64,000 bases of DNA from Basidiobolus meristosporus CBS 931.73 (lineage: Eukaryota > Fungi > Basidiobolomycota), in the NCBI GenBank assembly GCA_002104905.1, contig MCFE01000377.1:20299-84298 (forward strand), in the 5' to 3' direction. Numbering within the stretch: position 1 is the first letter of the stretch; the number at the start of each line of letters is the position of its first letter. Below, in pieces: positions 1-12,300 of this stretch. A model generated the notes under the pieces. It did no database searches, had not been told where the DNA came from, and worked only from the letters and a program-made list of their open reading frames with translations. Position numbers and translations under genes: made by a program.

Positions 1-16
1 CCAAGACTTGTAACAT

Positions 17-25
17 TGGTAGCAG
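17..25 (+). promoter_or_regulatory. Primer-binding site TGGTAGCAG (tRNAi-Met type)
   Basis: Lies 1 nt after the LTR-terminal CA and is complementary to the ...CUGCUACCA 3' end known for initiator tRNA-Met. Same motif in copy 2 (reverse, ~11119-11127). Confidence 0.75.
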
Positions 26-73
26 CAATAACCAGAAACCTCCCTCCAGAAGAAAGAAGAAACCTCCCTCAAG

Positions 74-3000
74 ATGTTGGACAATCAAGAATGGAAGAAT
101 GCCATGCAGCAAATCCTGGCCCAACAGCAACAGTTACTCCAGATCCTCAGCCAACAGCAACTAGGAATGACTACCATGGCTCAGAGCCAGCAAAGCCCTG
201 TCAAGAGCAACTTTAGTGTGAAGGTCAACCGGTACCATGGCAGAGTCAATGAAAACATGGGAACTTGGCTCTTTAAGATTGAAGAAGCTTTTAAAGCTAA
301 AGGAATTGCTCCAGAAAGCAAGTTGCATTATGCAGCTTCTTACCTGGCAGATGCAGCTTTACAGTGGTACCACAACAAGATCAGGTTGGCCACTATGATG
401 GGATGCTCTACAATCTCTACCTGGGATGAGTTTATGTTGGAAATTCAGGATGCTTTTGAACCTCCACAACAGTAGACAGTACTAAGAAGGAAGTTAAAGA
501 CACTCAGACAGAAAGGAATGGTGCAAGAATACATCTATGAGTACAGATGTCTACTTGGACAAATTGAAAGAATGGACCCCTTGGATCAAGTTGAATACTC
601 TATTGATGGGTTGAAAGAAAGAACTTGCAAGGAAGTGAATTACCAAAGACCTCAGACTATTGAAAAAGCCATCAAGATTGCCATTGACTATGACTCAGCT
701 ATGTTTGGAGTTGGGAAGCCTACAGTGACTAATCAGAAAGGCTACAATGATTATGAAAGAAGACAATCAGAAGCAGTACCAATGGAAATAGACGCTATGC
801 AGAAGAATCCTACCTCAGAAGAATGTAAGAAGAAAGGACTTTGCTTAAATTGCCACCAGCAAGGACATATTGCAAAGTACTGCCCTCAGAGAAGAAATGG
901 ACACAAGCCAACAAGAACCTTCAACCATATTGAGTCCTGTGAACACAGTAATGTGGAAGATGAGCTTGAAGAAGACTTGGAACTCACCTTCCATATGACA
1001 GAAGAGTACTTGTCCCAAATGATCTCAAACTCAGGGAAGTTATTGTACTTGAATGGAGTGATCAATGGAGTACCTGTCAAGATCATCATTGACTCAGGAG
1101 CATCACATGAGTACATGTCAGAGCAATTTGCTTTGAAAGCTGGAATCAACTTGGAACCTACCAAATCAACTTCAGTCTCCACAGCTGATGGGAACTCCCA
1201 CATAATCAACCGTATTACCCAGCCAGTAAGAATGAAGAACAATGACTATGAAGAAGACCTACAGGCTTATATATTTGGGAACTGCAAGTTTGATCTTGTA
1301 CTTGGGGAAACCTGGCTATTTTGTTGTAATCCATCAATCAACTGGAGAACCCATGCTACTCAGATCCTAAAAGACAACAAGACCTATGAGCTATTACCTG
1401 CCAGGCTGGATTTCAACTTGGTGAATTCCAGTGTGTGTGAAACAAGTGAAGTTAGCAAGACCTAGTTCTGTAGAGCACTTAGAAAAGGTACCCAGATGTT
1501 TTCATGGCGGTGTTACAGGAGGATTCCTCTACCCCAGCACCCCAGCAGGTCCAGACTCTCTTGAAGAAATATTCAGACGTGTTTCCAGATGAGCTTGTAA
1601 GCCTACCACCAGTCAGAGACATGGATCATGCCATTGACACAGGAGATAGCCCTCCAGTGAGCAAGACACCTTACAGAATGAGTCCATTGGAATTGGAGGA
1701 AATGAAGAGACAAATTGATCAGCTATTGGAGCAAGGATACATCAGGCCCAGCAAGTCACCCTGGGGAGCACCTGTGCTTTTTGTGAAAAAGAAGGATGGA
1801 ACACTTAGGATGTGCATTGACTACAGAGCCCTGAACTCAGTTACCGTCAAGAATAAGAACCCCATACCTTGGATTGATGAGCTTTTGGACCAACTTAATG
1901 GAGCCACTATTTTCAGCAAGATTGACCTCATGTCAGGATACAACCAAATTAGGGTGAAACCAGAAGATATTCCTAAGACAGCATTTAGGACCAGATATGG
2001 ACATTACGAGTACTTAGTCATGAGTTTTGGCCTCACTAATGCCCCTGCAACATTCATGATGCTGATGCAGACTGTCTTTCAGGAGTACTTAGACAAGTTT
2101 GTGATAATTTAGCTAGATGACATAATGATATACAGCAAGACAGAAGAGGATCACGTAGTGCACATTGAGAAGGTCTTGAAGAAACTAAGAGAGAACAAGC
2201 TATATGGCAAGCTAGCCATGTGTGAATTCTTCAAGGAACATGTTGAATACCTGGGACACATAGTGACTAGCACAGGAGTGACCTTAGACCCTAAGAAGGT
2301 TGAAGTTATCAAGAATTTGAAGCAGCCTCATAGCATATCAAAACTCAGATCCTTCCTTGGAATGGTCTCCTATTATTGGAGATTTGTCAAGTTGTTTGCA
2401 AGTATTGCAGCCCCTTTAACTGATATCCTCAAGAAAGACAATACCTACAAGTGGGCCATAGCTTCTAAGACTGCCTTCCAGACGCTCAAGAATGAACTTG
2501 CTAAGCTGCCAAGCCTAAGAATACCAGACTTCAGAAAAGAGTTCACTCTGTGCACAGATGCTTCCGATTATGCAATTGGTGGAGTGTTGAGCCAAGAACA
2601 CAAGGGAAAGGACAACCCTGTTGGCTTTGAATCCAAGAAACTGAACTCAGCAGAACAAAACTTTCCAGTCCATGAGAAGGAGATGCTTGCTATAATACAC
2701 TGTTTGAAGACATGGGGATGCTATATTGAAGGAGTTAAATGCACTGTGAAGACTGATCATGCCTCCCTCAGGTATATTTTTACTCAGAAGGTACTCTCTA
2801 GAAGAATGACAAGATGGAGTGAATACATTCAGCAATTTGACCTGGAGATTGTCTACTGCCCTGGAAAAACCAACACAGTTGCTGATGCCTTATCAAGATT
2901 AGATCAAGTTGCACAACTCAACTTGGTGCATGAATCAGATTAGCCTAGCCTATTACCAAAGTACTTGGAGGACCAAGCAATTCCTAATGAGGTGGATGAA

Positions 3001-4206
3001 GATATCAAAAAGATAATCCGTGATGAAGCCAGCAAATTTGTTGTACAGGATGAAACACTCTACCAAATTGTTGATGGAAGCCCTATTGCCTATTGTCCTT
3101 ATGTTGCTTGCCTGGATTTAATACATAAGCTACACAATGGATATGGACATCTTGGGATTGAAGGAACCTATATCCTTGTGAAAGCCAGAACATGGTGGCC
3201 CAGAATGAAACAAGATATTGAGAAGCAAGTGAAAACATGCCCAAACTGCCAAATCAATCAAGGCCAGCCACAAAGAATTGCCAAACGCTTCCCTTTGGAG
3301 CCTGTAAGACCATTTGAAAGATGGGGAATTGACTTTATTGGAAGACTGCCAACTACCAGGAAATGCAACCGTTGGATCCTAGTAGCAATTGACCATGCCA
3401 CTAAATGGCCAGTTGCTAAAGCTGTACCAATAGCCAGTGAACAAGAAGTTGCAAGTTTCATTTACCATGAGATCCTGATAAAGTTTGGATGCCCTGTGGA
3501 GATCTTATCCAATAGAGGTGCAAACTTTATGGCAAAGACATTAGAGGCTTACCTGGAAATGCAGCAGATCAGACACTTGAAGACCTCAGCATATCACCCC
3601 AGAACTAATGGAGTCACTGAGCGGTTTAAGGGATTATTTAGAAAACTGCTGACCAAGTATGCAAATGGAATTGTCAGTAGATGGGATGAGTATATAGACC
3701 AAGCACTCTTTGCATGCAGGGTCAGAGTACACAACACCACCCAGCAATCACCATTTTACTTAGTTTATGGATGTGAACCAAGGATTCCAGGAGATCTCAC
3801 ACAACCAAAGCTTACAGACACCTTAGAAGATGAACTCAGTCAGCCAAGTAGACACCAGCAACTGGAACAAAGACGTTAAGAGGCACAGACCAAAGTATCT
3901 CAAAGTGCAGAAAAGTTGAAGCAGAGATTTGATAAGACTATAGCACCAGAAGCATTGACAGTTGGGAACTTTGTATTGCTAAGAAACAACACTTGGAAGA
4001 AGTCTGAGCCACAATGGACAGTACCATTCAAGATCATCAGAGAATGTCCATTTGCAACTTACCAACTGGTGGACAAACAAGGCAATATCCGGGAAGACTT
4101 AGTGCATAGGGACAGACTCAAGCTTGCGAGACTTGCTGATAATACTGAACCATCAAGATATTGGTATCACAAGAAAAGAGATTCAGGAGAACCCTCTCAA
4201 CTGTAG
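74..4206 (+). pseudogene. gag-pol polyprotein pseudogene of Gypsy copy 1
   Basis: ORF pieces 74-475, 518-1465, 1504-2112, 2125-2943, 2965-3879 and 3916-4206 are collinear domains separated by single stops. The RT YLDD motif reads *LDD (TAG at 2110). Confidence 0.93.
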
Positions 4207-4216
4207 TAGGGGAGAA

Positions 4217-4583
4217 TGTTATGATCTGCCGCTTGAATGTTTAAGTTAGATCAGTTTTTAGTCAAATCAATTAGTATATGTTTAGGTTATCAGTATATCA
4301 GTATTGTCTATCAAATCAGTAGCACTAGTCAGCAAATGAATCAGCAGATCCTTATCAGACAGAAATAGATATATTAAGTAGGATCTTATTGGGTGATGAT
4401 GATGCAATCAAATGCGTCATCAGCCACAACCTACAGTAGGAAATACAATTAGTCAGCAATTGATCTGGCAAAATGTATATAACAAGCTGCTGGAACCTCA
4501 ATAAAAACAGTTCAAGTTTTAGTGAATACAATACTAGCTAAACTCCCTATTCCTCTACAACTCTTTTACCAAGACTTGTAACA
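4217..4583 (+). repeat. Gypsy 3' LTR (367 bp)
   Basis: TGTTA...TAACA ends, preceded by polypurine tract AGTAGGGGAGAA. Homologous to 5489-5858, 7111-7479, 11129-11483 and 12301-12667. Confidence 0.95.
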
Positions 4584-5488
4584 ATATTATAAATACTCTG
4601 GATACACTACTAGTGAGTATTTGAAGTTCTTCTAGAGGGCTTAGTCTCTTTTGTTTTGGCAATTACAAGGCACACTGTGCAATACATGAAGCACTATCTG
4701 ACTTAATGATAGCATCATCAGGCAAGTGTGCCCTTTACTGGTGGTAGGCATTACAAAGAACTCTTGGTAAAGAGTTATCCTCTAGCAAGTAGTGATGGAA
4801 ATGTATGAAGCACTCAGCCAATATTAGGGAGGATTTTGAAAATTTGAAAATCTTACAGTTAACAGAAAGCTAACAAGTGGTATGCATGGCTTGTCCAAGT
4901 AATGGACCACTTGGTATCATTCAGCAAATGGAAATTTATTTAACAATTCTGGACTAGTATTGTTCACTGTAGGACTAATTTACAAGCCTAATTCTGCCAC
5001 TCTCATTCAGATATATGATCCAATTATTACTCCCCTGCAGTCAAGATCAAACTAGCATTTTTACCAAGCAATATGAACTATCCCTGAAACTTTCACAGAA
5101 TGCTCCTAATTGTTTAGGAGCTCTTCTTACTTGGTGCTATGGCTGTATCACCTCTGCAAAGGTATCATTACTGAGCTTCTTTATGAATCAACTACATTTC
5201 AACTATCAGAATTAATTATTGATAAGTCTCTAATATCCAAATGCTTCCTGAATTGAAATGGGCTATGATCCTCAATTGCCTTAATCTGATCTAATGATGA
5301 TATCTACAAGTAAACAGAACAATACAAACATTTTCCCTGTAGAGGAGAGGCTTGATGGGGGGAACAACTGACTTTGGAGCATCAAGATGCAATCCACCTT
5401 GAGCAAGTAGAGCTTTAGAGTATAGTAACACCTATGAATGTAGAGCCTAAAGAAACAGCAGAGAAAGTCAAACAGTTTCAAGAGTGGG

Positions 5489-5858
5489 TGTTATGATCTA
5501 CCACTTGAGTGCTTAAGTTAGATCAGTGTTTAGTCAAATCAATTGTTTATATGTTTGGCCTATCAGTATATCAGTGTTATCAATCAAATCAGTAGCATTA
5601 GTCAGCAGATGAAACAGCAGATCCTTATCATACAGGAATAGGTATACTAAGTAGGATTTTATTGGGTAATGATGATGCATTCAAATAGGTCATCAGCCAC
5701 AATCTACATTAGAAAATACAATTAGTACGCAATTGATCTGGCAAAATTATATATAAGGAGCTTCTGGAGCCTCAATAAAAATCACATCAAGTTTTAGTCA
5801 ATACAATACTAGCTAAACCCCCTATTCCTCTACAAATCTGATACCATGACTTGTAACA
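5489..5858 (+). repeat. Solo LTR of the same Gypsy family
   Basis: TGTTATGATC...TTGTAACA aligns over its full length to 4217-4583. No PBS or PPT next to it and no clear TSD. Confidence 0.9.
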
Positions 5859-5899
5859 AAGTAAAGAAAAGCTTTTTTTGCCATTTGTTTCAGTGCACA

Positions 5900-6912
5900 A
5901 GATTCCTTCATTGGACTAATTCATGCTTCTAATACTGACAATGCAGCATAGTAATCCGTAAAAAGATCATCAGAGCAAAGTCATTATCAGGCAAGCATTA
6001 TTTAGAAGGAGAGTACTTCAATGCAGGAAAGAAGCCAGAGGATGACATGCTACAGCTTATTGCCTCACAATATTAATGCTGATGCAAATGATGAAGAAAC
6101 ATAATCTGTCTGCTTTGCAGCTTACTGGACAAGTACAAGCTACTCATACCTTCTTTTGAGAGCAGAGAAGACAATCTGACCTTAGACTGTGTCAAAGGAA
6201 GACTTCTTCTGGAAGAACGCTGATGTAATGACTATGACAAGGAAGCTAAAGATAATGCTTTATTCAGCCCTGAGAGGCACACCAAAAAGAAGGGAAAACA
6301 ACCAAGCCAATAAAATCTGGTTGCTGTAAGAACTGTACAACGCCTAGACACTGGGCAAGTGAATTCAAGTAGAAGCAAGCTGACAAAAAACAGAAACTAC
6401 AGCAGGCATACCATATAGCTACAGATGAGCAAGCATTTCTAAGTGAACAAGAGAGTGCAAGTGGTCACAGTAATGAATGGTATATGGACTCTGGAGTATC
6501 AGAGCATATTTATGGTATAAAGGGGAGGCTTACTAGCTCAAAGACTATTCCTGTTAAAAAGGTTTATCTGGAAGATAACTATGCACATGAAGCTCCTTCA
6601 GCAGGTCTATACAGCCAAAAATCAGTGATATCTCAGGGAAAACAAGAGCACAACTAACTGATGTACTTTGTGTGCCTGGAATAACTAAGCTCCTATACTC
6701 AGTGAGTAGAGCAGCTACTCAGGGGCTGAAACTTATATCACTTGGTTCAGAGGCTCAATATTGAGTGAAAATGCACAAAATTAGCTTTGGGATATAGATA
6801 TCATAAAAAATGCAAGTTTCAATGCAATAATATTTTACAAAGTCTCTGAATTTTGCTGAAACTCATGAACCTAACTGTGCAACATGGCACCAGGGGCTAG
6901 TACACATTGGGG
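5900..6912 (+). pseudogene. Degenerate Ty1/Copia gag-protease-pre-integrase fragment (Copia A)
   Basis: Broken-frame translations give LLCSLLDKYKLLIPSFESREDNLTLDCVKGRLLLEER (Copia gag), EWYMDSGVSEHI (protease) and WHQGLVHIG (GAG-pre-integrase WHxRLGH). Confidence 0.8.
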
Positions 6913-6914
6913 AA

Positions 6915-7110
6915 TAACCTAGTTTGTAGGTTCTGTGCTAATTATTAGCAATTTAGGAAGTATAGCATTTTTGAAAAATCTGATACTTGTGCAAATGAGC
7001 TGAAACTTGGAACATGTACTCCCAAGACTTCCCTGAATATGAGCAAGTAGCTACATACACATTGTTTTGCACAAGTGTAAAACTGCTTTTTAACTAAATA
7101 AATCAACAAG
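6915..7110 (+). repeat. Left part of a diverged Copia-B-family LTR, interrupted by Gypsy copy 2
   Basis: GCAAATGAGCTGAAACTTGGAACATGTACTC matches the reverse complement of the 15694-16042 LTR. The match resumes at ~11488-11553. Confidence 0.75.
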
Positions 7111-10100
7111 TGTAACAAGTCTTGGTATAAGAGTTGTAGAAGAATAGGGAGCTTAGCTAGTATCGTTTTCACTGAAACCTGAACTGATTTTTATTGAGGT
7201 TCCAGCAGCTCCTTATATACATTTTGCCAGATCAATTGCTGACTAATTGTATATCCTAATGTAGGTTGTGGCTTATGACTCATCTGATTGCATCATCATC
7301 ACCCAATAAGATCCAACTTAATATATCTATTTCTGTCTGATAAGGATCTGCTGATTCATTTGCTGACTAATGCTACTGATTTGATAGACGGTACTGATAT
7401 ACTGATAACCTAAACATATAACTAATTGATTTGACTAAAAACTGATCTAACTTAAACATTCAAGTGGCAGATCATAACATTCTCTCCTACTAAAGTTGAG
7501 AGGGTTCTCCTTAATCTCTTTTCTTGTGATACCAATATCTTGATGGTTCAGTATTGTCAGCAAGTCTTGCAAGCTTGAGTCTGTCTCTATGAGCTAAATC
7601 TTCCCCAATATTCCCTTGTTTATCTACTAGTTGGTAAGTTGCAAATGGACAATCTCTGATGATCTTGAATGGTCCTGTCCATTGTGGCTCAAACTTTTAC
7701 TGAGTGTTGTTTCTTAGCAAAACAAAGTTCCCAACTGTCAATGCTTCTGGTGCTATAGTCTTATCAAATCTCTGCTTCATCTTTCTGCACTTTGAGATAC
7801 TTTGGCCTGTGCCTTTTGTCATCTTTGTTCCAATTACTGGTGTCTACTGGTCTGACTAAGTTCATCTTCTAAGGAATCTGTAAGCTTTGGTTGTGTGAGA
7901 TCTCCTGGAATCCTTGGTTCACATCCATACACTAAGTAACATGGTGATTGTAGGGTAGTGTTGTGCACTCTAACTCTGCAGGCAAAAAGTGCTTGATCTA
8001 TATACTCATCCCATCTACTGACAATTCCATTTGCATACTTGGTCAGCATTTTTCCAAATAATCCATTAAACAGCTCAGTAACTCCATTAGTTCTGGGGTG
8101 ATATGCCAAGGTTTTCAAGTGTCTAATCTGCTGCATTTACAGGTAAGCCTCTAATGTCTTTGCCATAAAGTTTGCTCCTCTATCAGATAAGATCTCCACA
8201 GGGCATCCAAACTTTATCAGGAGCTCATGGTAAATGAAACTTGCAACTTCTTGTTCACTGGCTATTGGTACAGCTTCAGTCACTGGCCATTTAGTGGCAT
8301 GGTCAATTGCTACTAGGATCCAATGGTTGCATCTCCTGGTGGTTGGCAGTCATCCAATAAAGTCAATTCCCCATCTTTCAAATGGTCTTACAGGCTCCAA
8401 AGGGAAGCGTTTGGCAATTTTTTGTGGCTGGACTTGATTGATTTGGCAGTTTGGGCATGTTTTCACTAGCTTCTCAATATCTTGTTTCATTCTGGGCCAC
8501 CATGCTCTGGCTTTCACAAGGCTATAGGTTCCTTCAATCCCAAGATGTCCATATCCATTGTGTAGCTTATATATTAAGTCCAGGCAAGCAACATAAGGAC
8601 AATAGGCAATAGGGCTTCCATCAACAATTTGGTAGAGTATTTCATCCTGTACAACAAATTTGCTGGCTTTATCCCGGATTATCTTCTTTATCTCTTCATC
8701 CACCTCATTAGGAATGGCTTGGTACTTCAAGTATTATGGTAATAAGCTAGGCAATCTGATTCATGCACCAAGTTGAGTTGTGCAACTTGATCTAATCTTG
8801 ATAAGGCATCAGCAACTGTGTTGTTTTGTCCAGGGCAGTAGACAATCTCCAGGTCAAATTGCTGAATGTATTCACTCCATCTTGTCATTTGTCTGGATAG
8901 AACCTTCTGAGTAAATATATACTTCAGTGAGGCATGACCAGTCTTTACAGTGCATTTGACTCCTTCAATATAGCATCTCCATGTCTTCAATCAGTGCATT
9001 ATAGCAAGCACATCCTTCTCATGGACTGGACAGTTTTGTTCTGCTGAGTTCAGTTTCTGGGATTCAAAGGCAACAGGGTAGTCTATTCCCTTGTGTTTTT
9101 GGCTCAGCACTCCACCAATTGCATATTCTGAAGCATCTGTGCACAGAGTGAACTCTTTTCTGAAGTCTGGTATTCTTAAGCTTGGCAGCTTAGCAGGTTC
9201 TTTCTTGAGCATCTGGAAGGCAGTCTCACACGCTATGTCCCACTTGTAGGTATTGTCTTTCTTGAGGATATCATTTAAAGGGGCTGCAATACTTGCAAAA
9301 GACTTGACAAATCTCCAATAATAGGAAACCATTCCAAGGAATGATCTGAGCTCTGAAATGCTATGGGGCTGCTTCAGATTCTTGATTACTTCCACCTTCT
9401 TAGGGTCTAAGGTTACTCCTGTGCTAGTCACTATGTGTCCCAGATATACAACATGTTCCTTGAAGAATTCACACTTGGCTAGCTTTCCATATAGCTTGTT
9501 CCCTCTTAGCTTCTTCAGGACCTTTTCAATGTGTACCAAGTGATCCTCTTATGTCTTGCTGTATATCAATATGTCATCTAGCTAATTATCACAAACTTGT
9601 CTAAGTACTCCTGGAAGACAGTCTGCATCAGGGTCATGAATGTTGCAGGGGCATTGGTAAGTCCAAAGCTCATGACTAAGTACTTGTAATGTCCATATCT
9701 GGTCCTGAATGCTGTCTTAGGGATATCTACTGGCTTCACCTAATCTGGTTGTATCCTGACATGAGGTCAATCTTGCCAAATATGGCGGCCCGATTAAGTT
9801 GGTCCAAAAGCTGATTAATCCAAGGTGTGGGGTACTTATTCTTAATGGTCACTGAGTTGAGGGCTCTGTAGTCAATGCACATCCTAAGTGTTCCATCCTT
9901 CTTCTTCACAAAAGTACTGGTGCTCTCCAAGGTGACTTGCTGGGTCTGATGTATCTTTGCACAAGGAGACTGAAGTTGATTTGGTAGGTTCTTAGTTGAT
10001 TCCAGCTTTCAAGGCAAATTGTTCTGACATGTACTCATGTGATACTCCTGAGTCAAACATGATTTTGGCAGGTACTCCATTGATTACTCAATTTAAGTAC

Positions 10101-11483
10101 AATAACTTCCCTGAGTCTGAGGTCATTTGGGACAAGTACTCTTCTGTCATATGGAAGGTAAGTTCTGAGTCTTCTTCAAGCTCATCCTCACCATTACTGT
10201 GTTCATGGGACTCAATATGGTTGAAGGTTCTTGTTGGCTGGTGTCCATTTTGTCTCTGGGGGCAGTACTTTAAGATGTGTCCTTGCTGGTGGCAATTGAA
10301 ACAAAGTCCTTTCTTCCAGCATTCTTCTGAGATAGGGTTCTTCTGCATAGCATCTATTTCCATTGGTACTGCTTCTGACTGTCTTCTTTCATAATGATTG
10401 TGGCCTTTCTGGTTAGTCACTGTAGGCTTCCCAACTCCAAACATAGCTGAGTCATAGTCAATGGCAATCTTGATGGCTTTTTCAATAGTCTGAGGTCTTC
10501 AATAATTAACTTCCTTGTGAGTTCTTTCTTTCTACCCATCAATAAAGTATTCAACTTGACCCAGGGGTCCATTCTTTCAAATTGTCCAAGTAGACATCTG
10601 TACTCATAGATGTATTCTTGAACCATTCCTTTCTGTCTGAGTGTCTTTAACTTCTTTCTTAGTAGTGTCTGCTGGTGTGGAGGTTCAAAAGCATCCTGAA
10701 TTTCCAACACAAGCTCATCCCAGGTAGAGATTGTAGAGCATCCCATCATAGTGGCTGACCTGATCTTGTTTTGGTACCACTGTAAAGCTGCATCTGCCAG
10801 GTAAGAAGCTGCATAATGCAATTTGCTTTCTGGAACAATTCCTTTAGCTTTAAAAGCTTCTTCAATCTTAAAGAGCCAAGTTCCCAGGTTTTCATTGACT
10901 CTGCCATGGTACCGGTTGACCTTCACACTAAAGTTGCTCTTGACAGGGCTTTGCCGGCTCTGAGCCTTGGTAGTCATTCCTTGTTGCTGTTGGCTGAGGA
11001 TCTGGGGTAACTGTTGCTGTTGGGCCAGGATTTGCTGCATGGCATTCTTCCATTCTTGATTGTCCAACATCTTGAGGGTGGTTTCTTCTTTCTTCTGGAG
11101 GGAGGTTTCTGGTTATTGCTGCTACCAATGTTACAAGTCTTGGTATAAGAGTTGTAGAAGAATAGGGAGTTTAGCTAGTATTGTATTCACTAAAACTTGA
11201 ACTGATTTTTATTGAAGTTCCAGCAGCTCCATATATACCTTTTGCCAGATCATTTGCTGACTAATTGTATTTCCTAATGTAGGCTGTGGCTGATGACTCA
11301 TTTGATTGCATCATCATCACCCAATAAGATCCTACTTAATATATTTATTTCTGTCTGATAAGGATCTGCTTATTCATTTACTGACTAAAGCTACTGATTT
11401 GATGGATAATACTGATATACTGATAACCTAAACATATAAATAATTGAATTGCCTAAAAACTGATCCAACTTAAACATTCAAGC
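7111..11483 (-). mobile_element. Ty3/Gypsy copy 2 (both LTRs, many stops and frameshifts, ~0.55-kb internal deletion)
   Basis: 3' LTR 7111-7479 with adjacent PPT; 5' LTR 11129-~11483 with damaged outer end; PBS present. ORF fragments are near-identical to copy 1. The junction near 9962-9970 joins protease (copy-1 ~1180) to the RT N-terminus (~1726). Confidence 0.95.
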
Positions 11484-11487
11484 ACAT

Positions 11488-11553
11488 GGAAATATCATGT
11501 AAATCTTCTAATTCTCCATTTTGCTTTTAATATAGCTCTCTGATATTTCAACA
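11488..11553 (+). repeat. Right part (3' end) of the interrupted Copia-B-family LTR
   Basis: AATATCATGTAAATCTTCTAATTCTCC...ATATTTCAACA matches the Copia-B LTR terminus. Confidence 0.75.
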
Positions 11554-11554
11554 T

Positions 11555-12104
11555 ATACTTTTTGTTATTTACTAATAGCTAGACAAGATATACATGGGTG
11601 TACTTCTCCAAGACAAAGGATGAGGTTTTAGAGATGTCTAAGCATATCCAGAATATGGTATAATAACACACTGGGTGGATATTGAAGTTACTTTGAGGTA
11701 ATAATGGAGGGGAATACTGCTCAAGAAACTTGCAAAGTACTACTCAACTACTGGTGTTCTTCAACAGACCACTGTCCTACAAACTCCACAGTAAAATTAA
11801 TTAGCAGAAGATGTAAATATAAAAAAAGTAGAGATGGGAAGATATATATCACAAGAGAAGGGAATGGACTGCAGGGTCTGGGCTGAATCTGTTGATACCA
11901 AAGTAAAAATCAGAAATGAATGCCCAAAAACAGCACTGCGTGATTCTACACTCTTTGAAGCAAACACAGGTAAAAAAGCAGACCTCCAGCACCTCAGACT
12001 CTTGAGCAGTGATCTTTTCTATTGTGTGCATGCTAAAAAAAGCTCAAAGTTTGAACCAAAAAGTAGAAAAGGGATCTTTTTTGGCTGTTGTGAAGGTACT
12101 ACCA
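11555..12104 (+). pseudogene. Degenerate Copia integrase core fragment (Copia A)
   Basis: TRYTWVYFSKTKDEV, NNGGEY (DNGGEY motif) and DLQHLRL...KFEPKSRKGIFFG are Copia integrase signatures. Confidence 0.82.
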
Positions 12105-12265
12105 TTGTGATGAAAATTTTGACCAAGTTTTTTGTGAAATATGAGATGGGATTATTTTTCAATGGTGTCTGCACAGCATCCTGCCAGGATCAGTGCCTCT
12201 TAATCACAAAACTTCAAATCTTTAACAGCCTTTTGATGGGATCGTCACAATAATTTGTTATAAGG
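12105..12265 (-). repeat. Terminal fragment of the CACTA-family element end
   Basis: GTGATGAAAATTTTGACCAAGTTTTTTG... aligns with ~20090-20249 in the same orientation and with 20968-21127 inverted. Confidence 0.7.
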
Positions 12266-12300
12266 AGATCAAACTAGCACTTTTACCAGACATAATATAC

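Larger units (their letters stand above)
1..4583 (+). mobile_element. Ty3/Gypsy LTR retrotransposon, copy 1 (near full length, inactivated; 5' LTR cut by window edge)
   Basis: Bases 1-15 (CCAAGACTTGTAACA) equal the end of the 3' LTR. Order is gag (zinc knuckle CLNCHQQGHIAKYC), protease (IIDSGAS), RT, RNase H (LCTDASDYAIGGVL), integrase (WGIDFIG; GPF-like C-terminus). In-frame stops at 473, 1463, 2110, 2941, 3877 and one frame change near 1500. Confidence 0.96.

Noticed and set aside
16-216. 66-aa alternate-frame ORF overlapping gag, also present in copy 2 (10928-11128)
   Set aside because: It starts at a TTG inside the PBS, and its conservation is explained by nucleotide identity between the copies.
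1490-1510. Possible programmed frameshift between protease and RT (ATGTTTTCATG)
   Set aside because: Atypical position and no canonical slippery heptamer. The other copies are deleted here, so it cannot be told from a decay indel.
4484-4496. Tf1-like self-priming (LTR GCTGCTG versus the PBS)
   Set aside because: Only 6-7 bp of complementarity; the tRNAi-Met match is a better explanation.
4584-5488. CpG-poor stretch sharing ~35 bp (AGATCAAACTAGC...) with 12266-12300
   Set aside because: Probably another decayed repeat, but no recognisable domain or termini.
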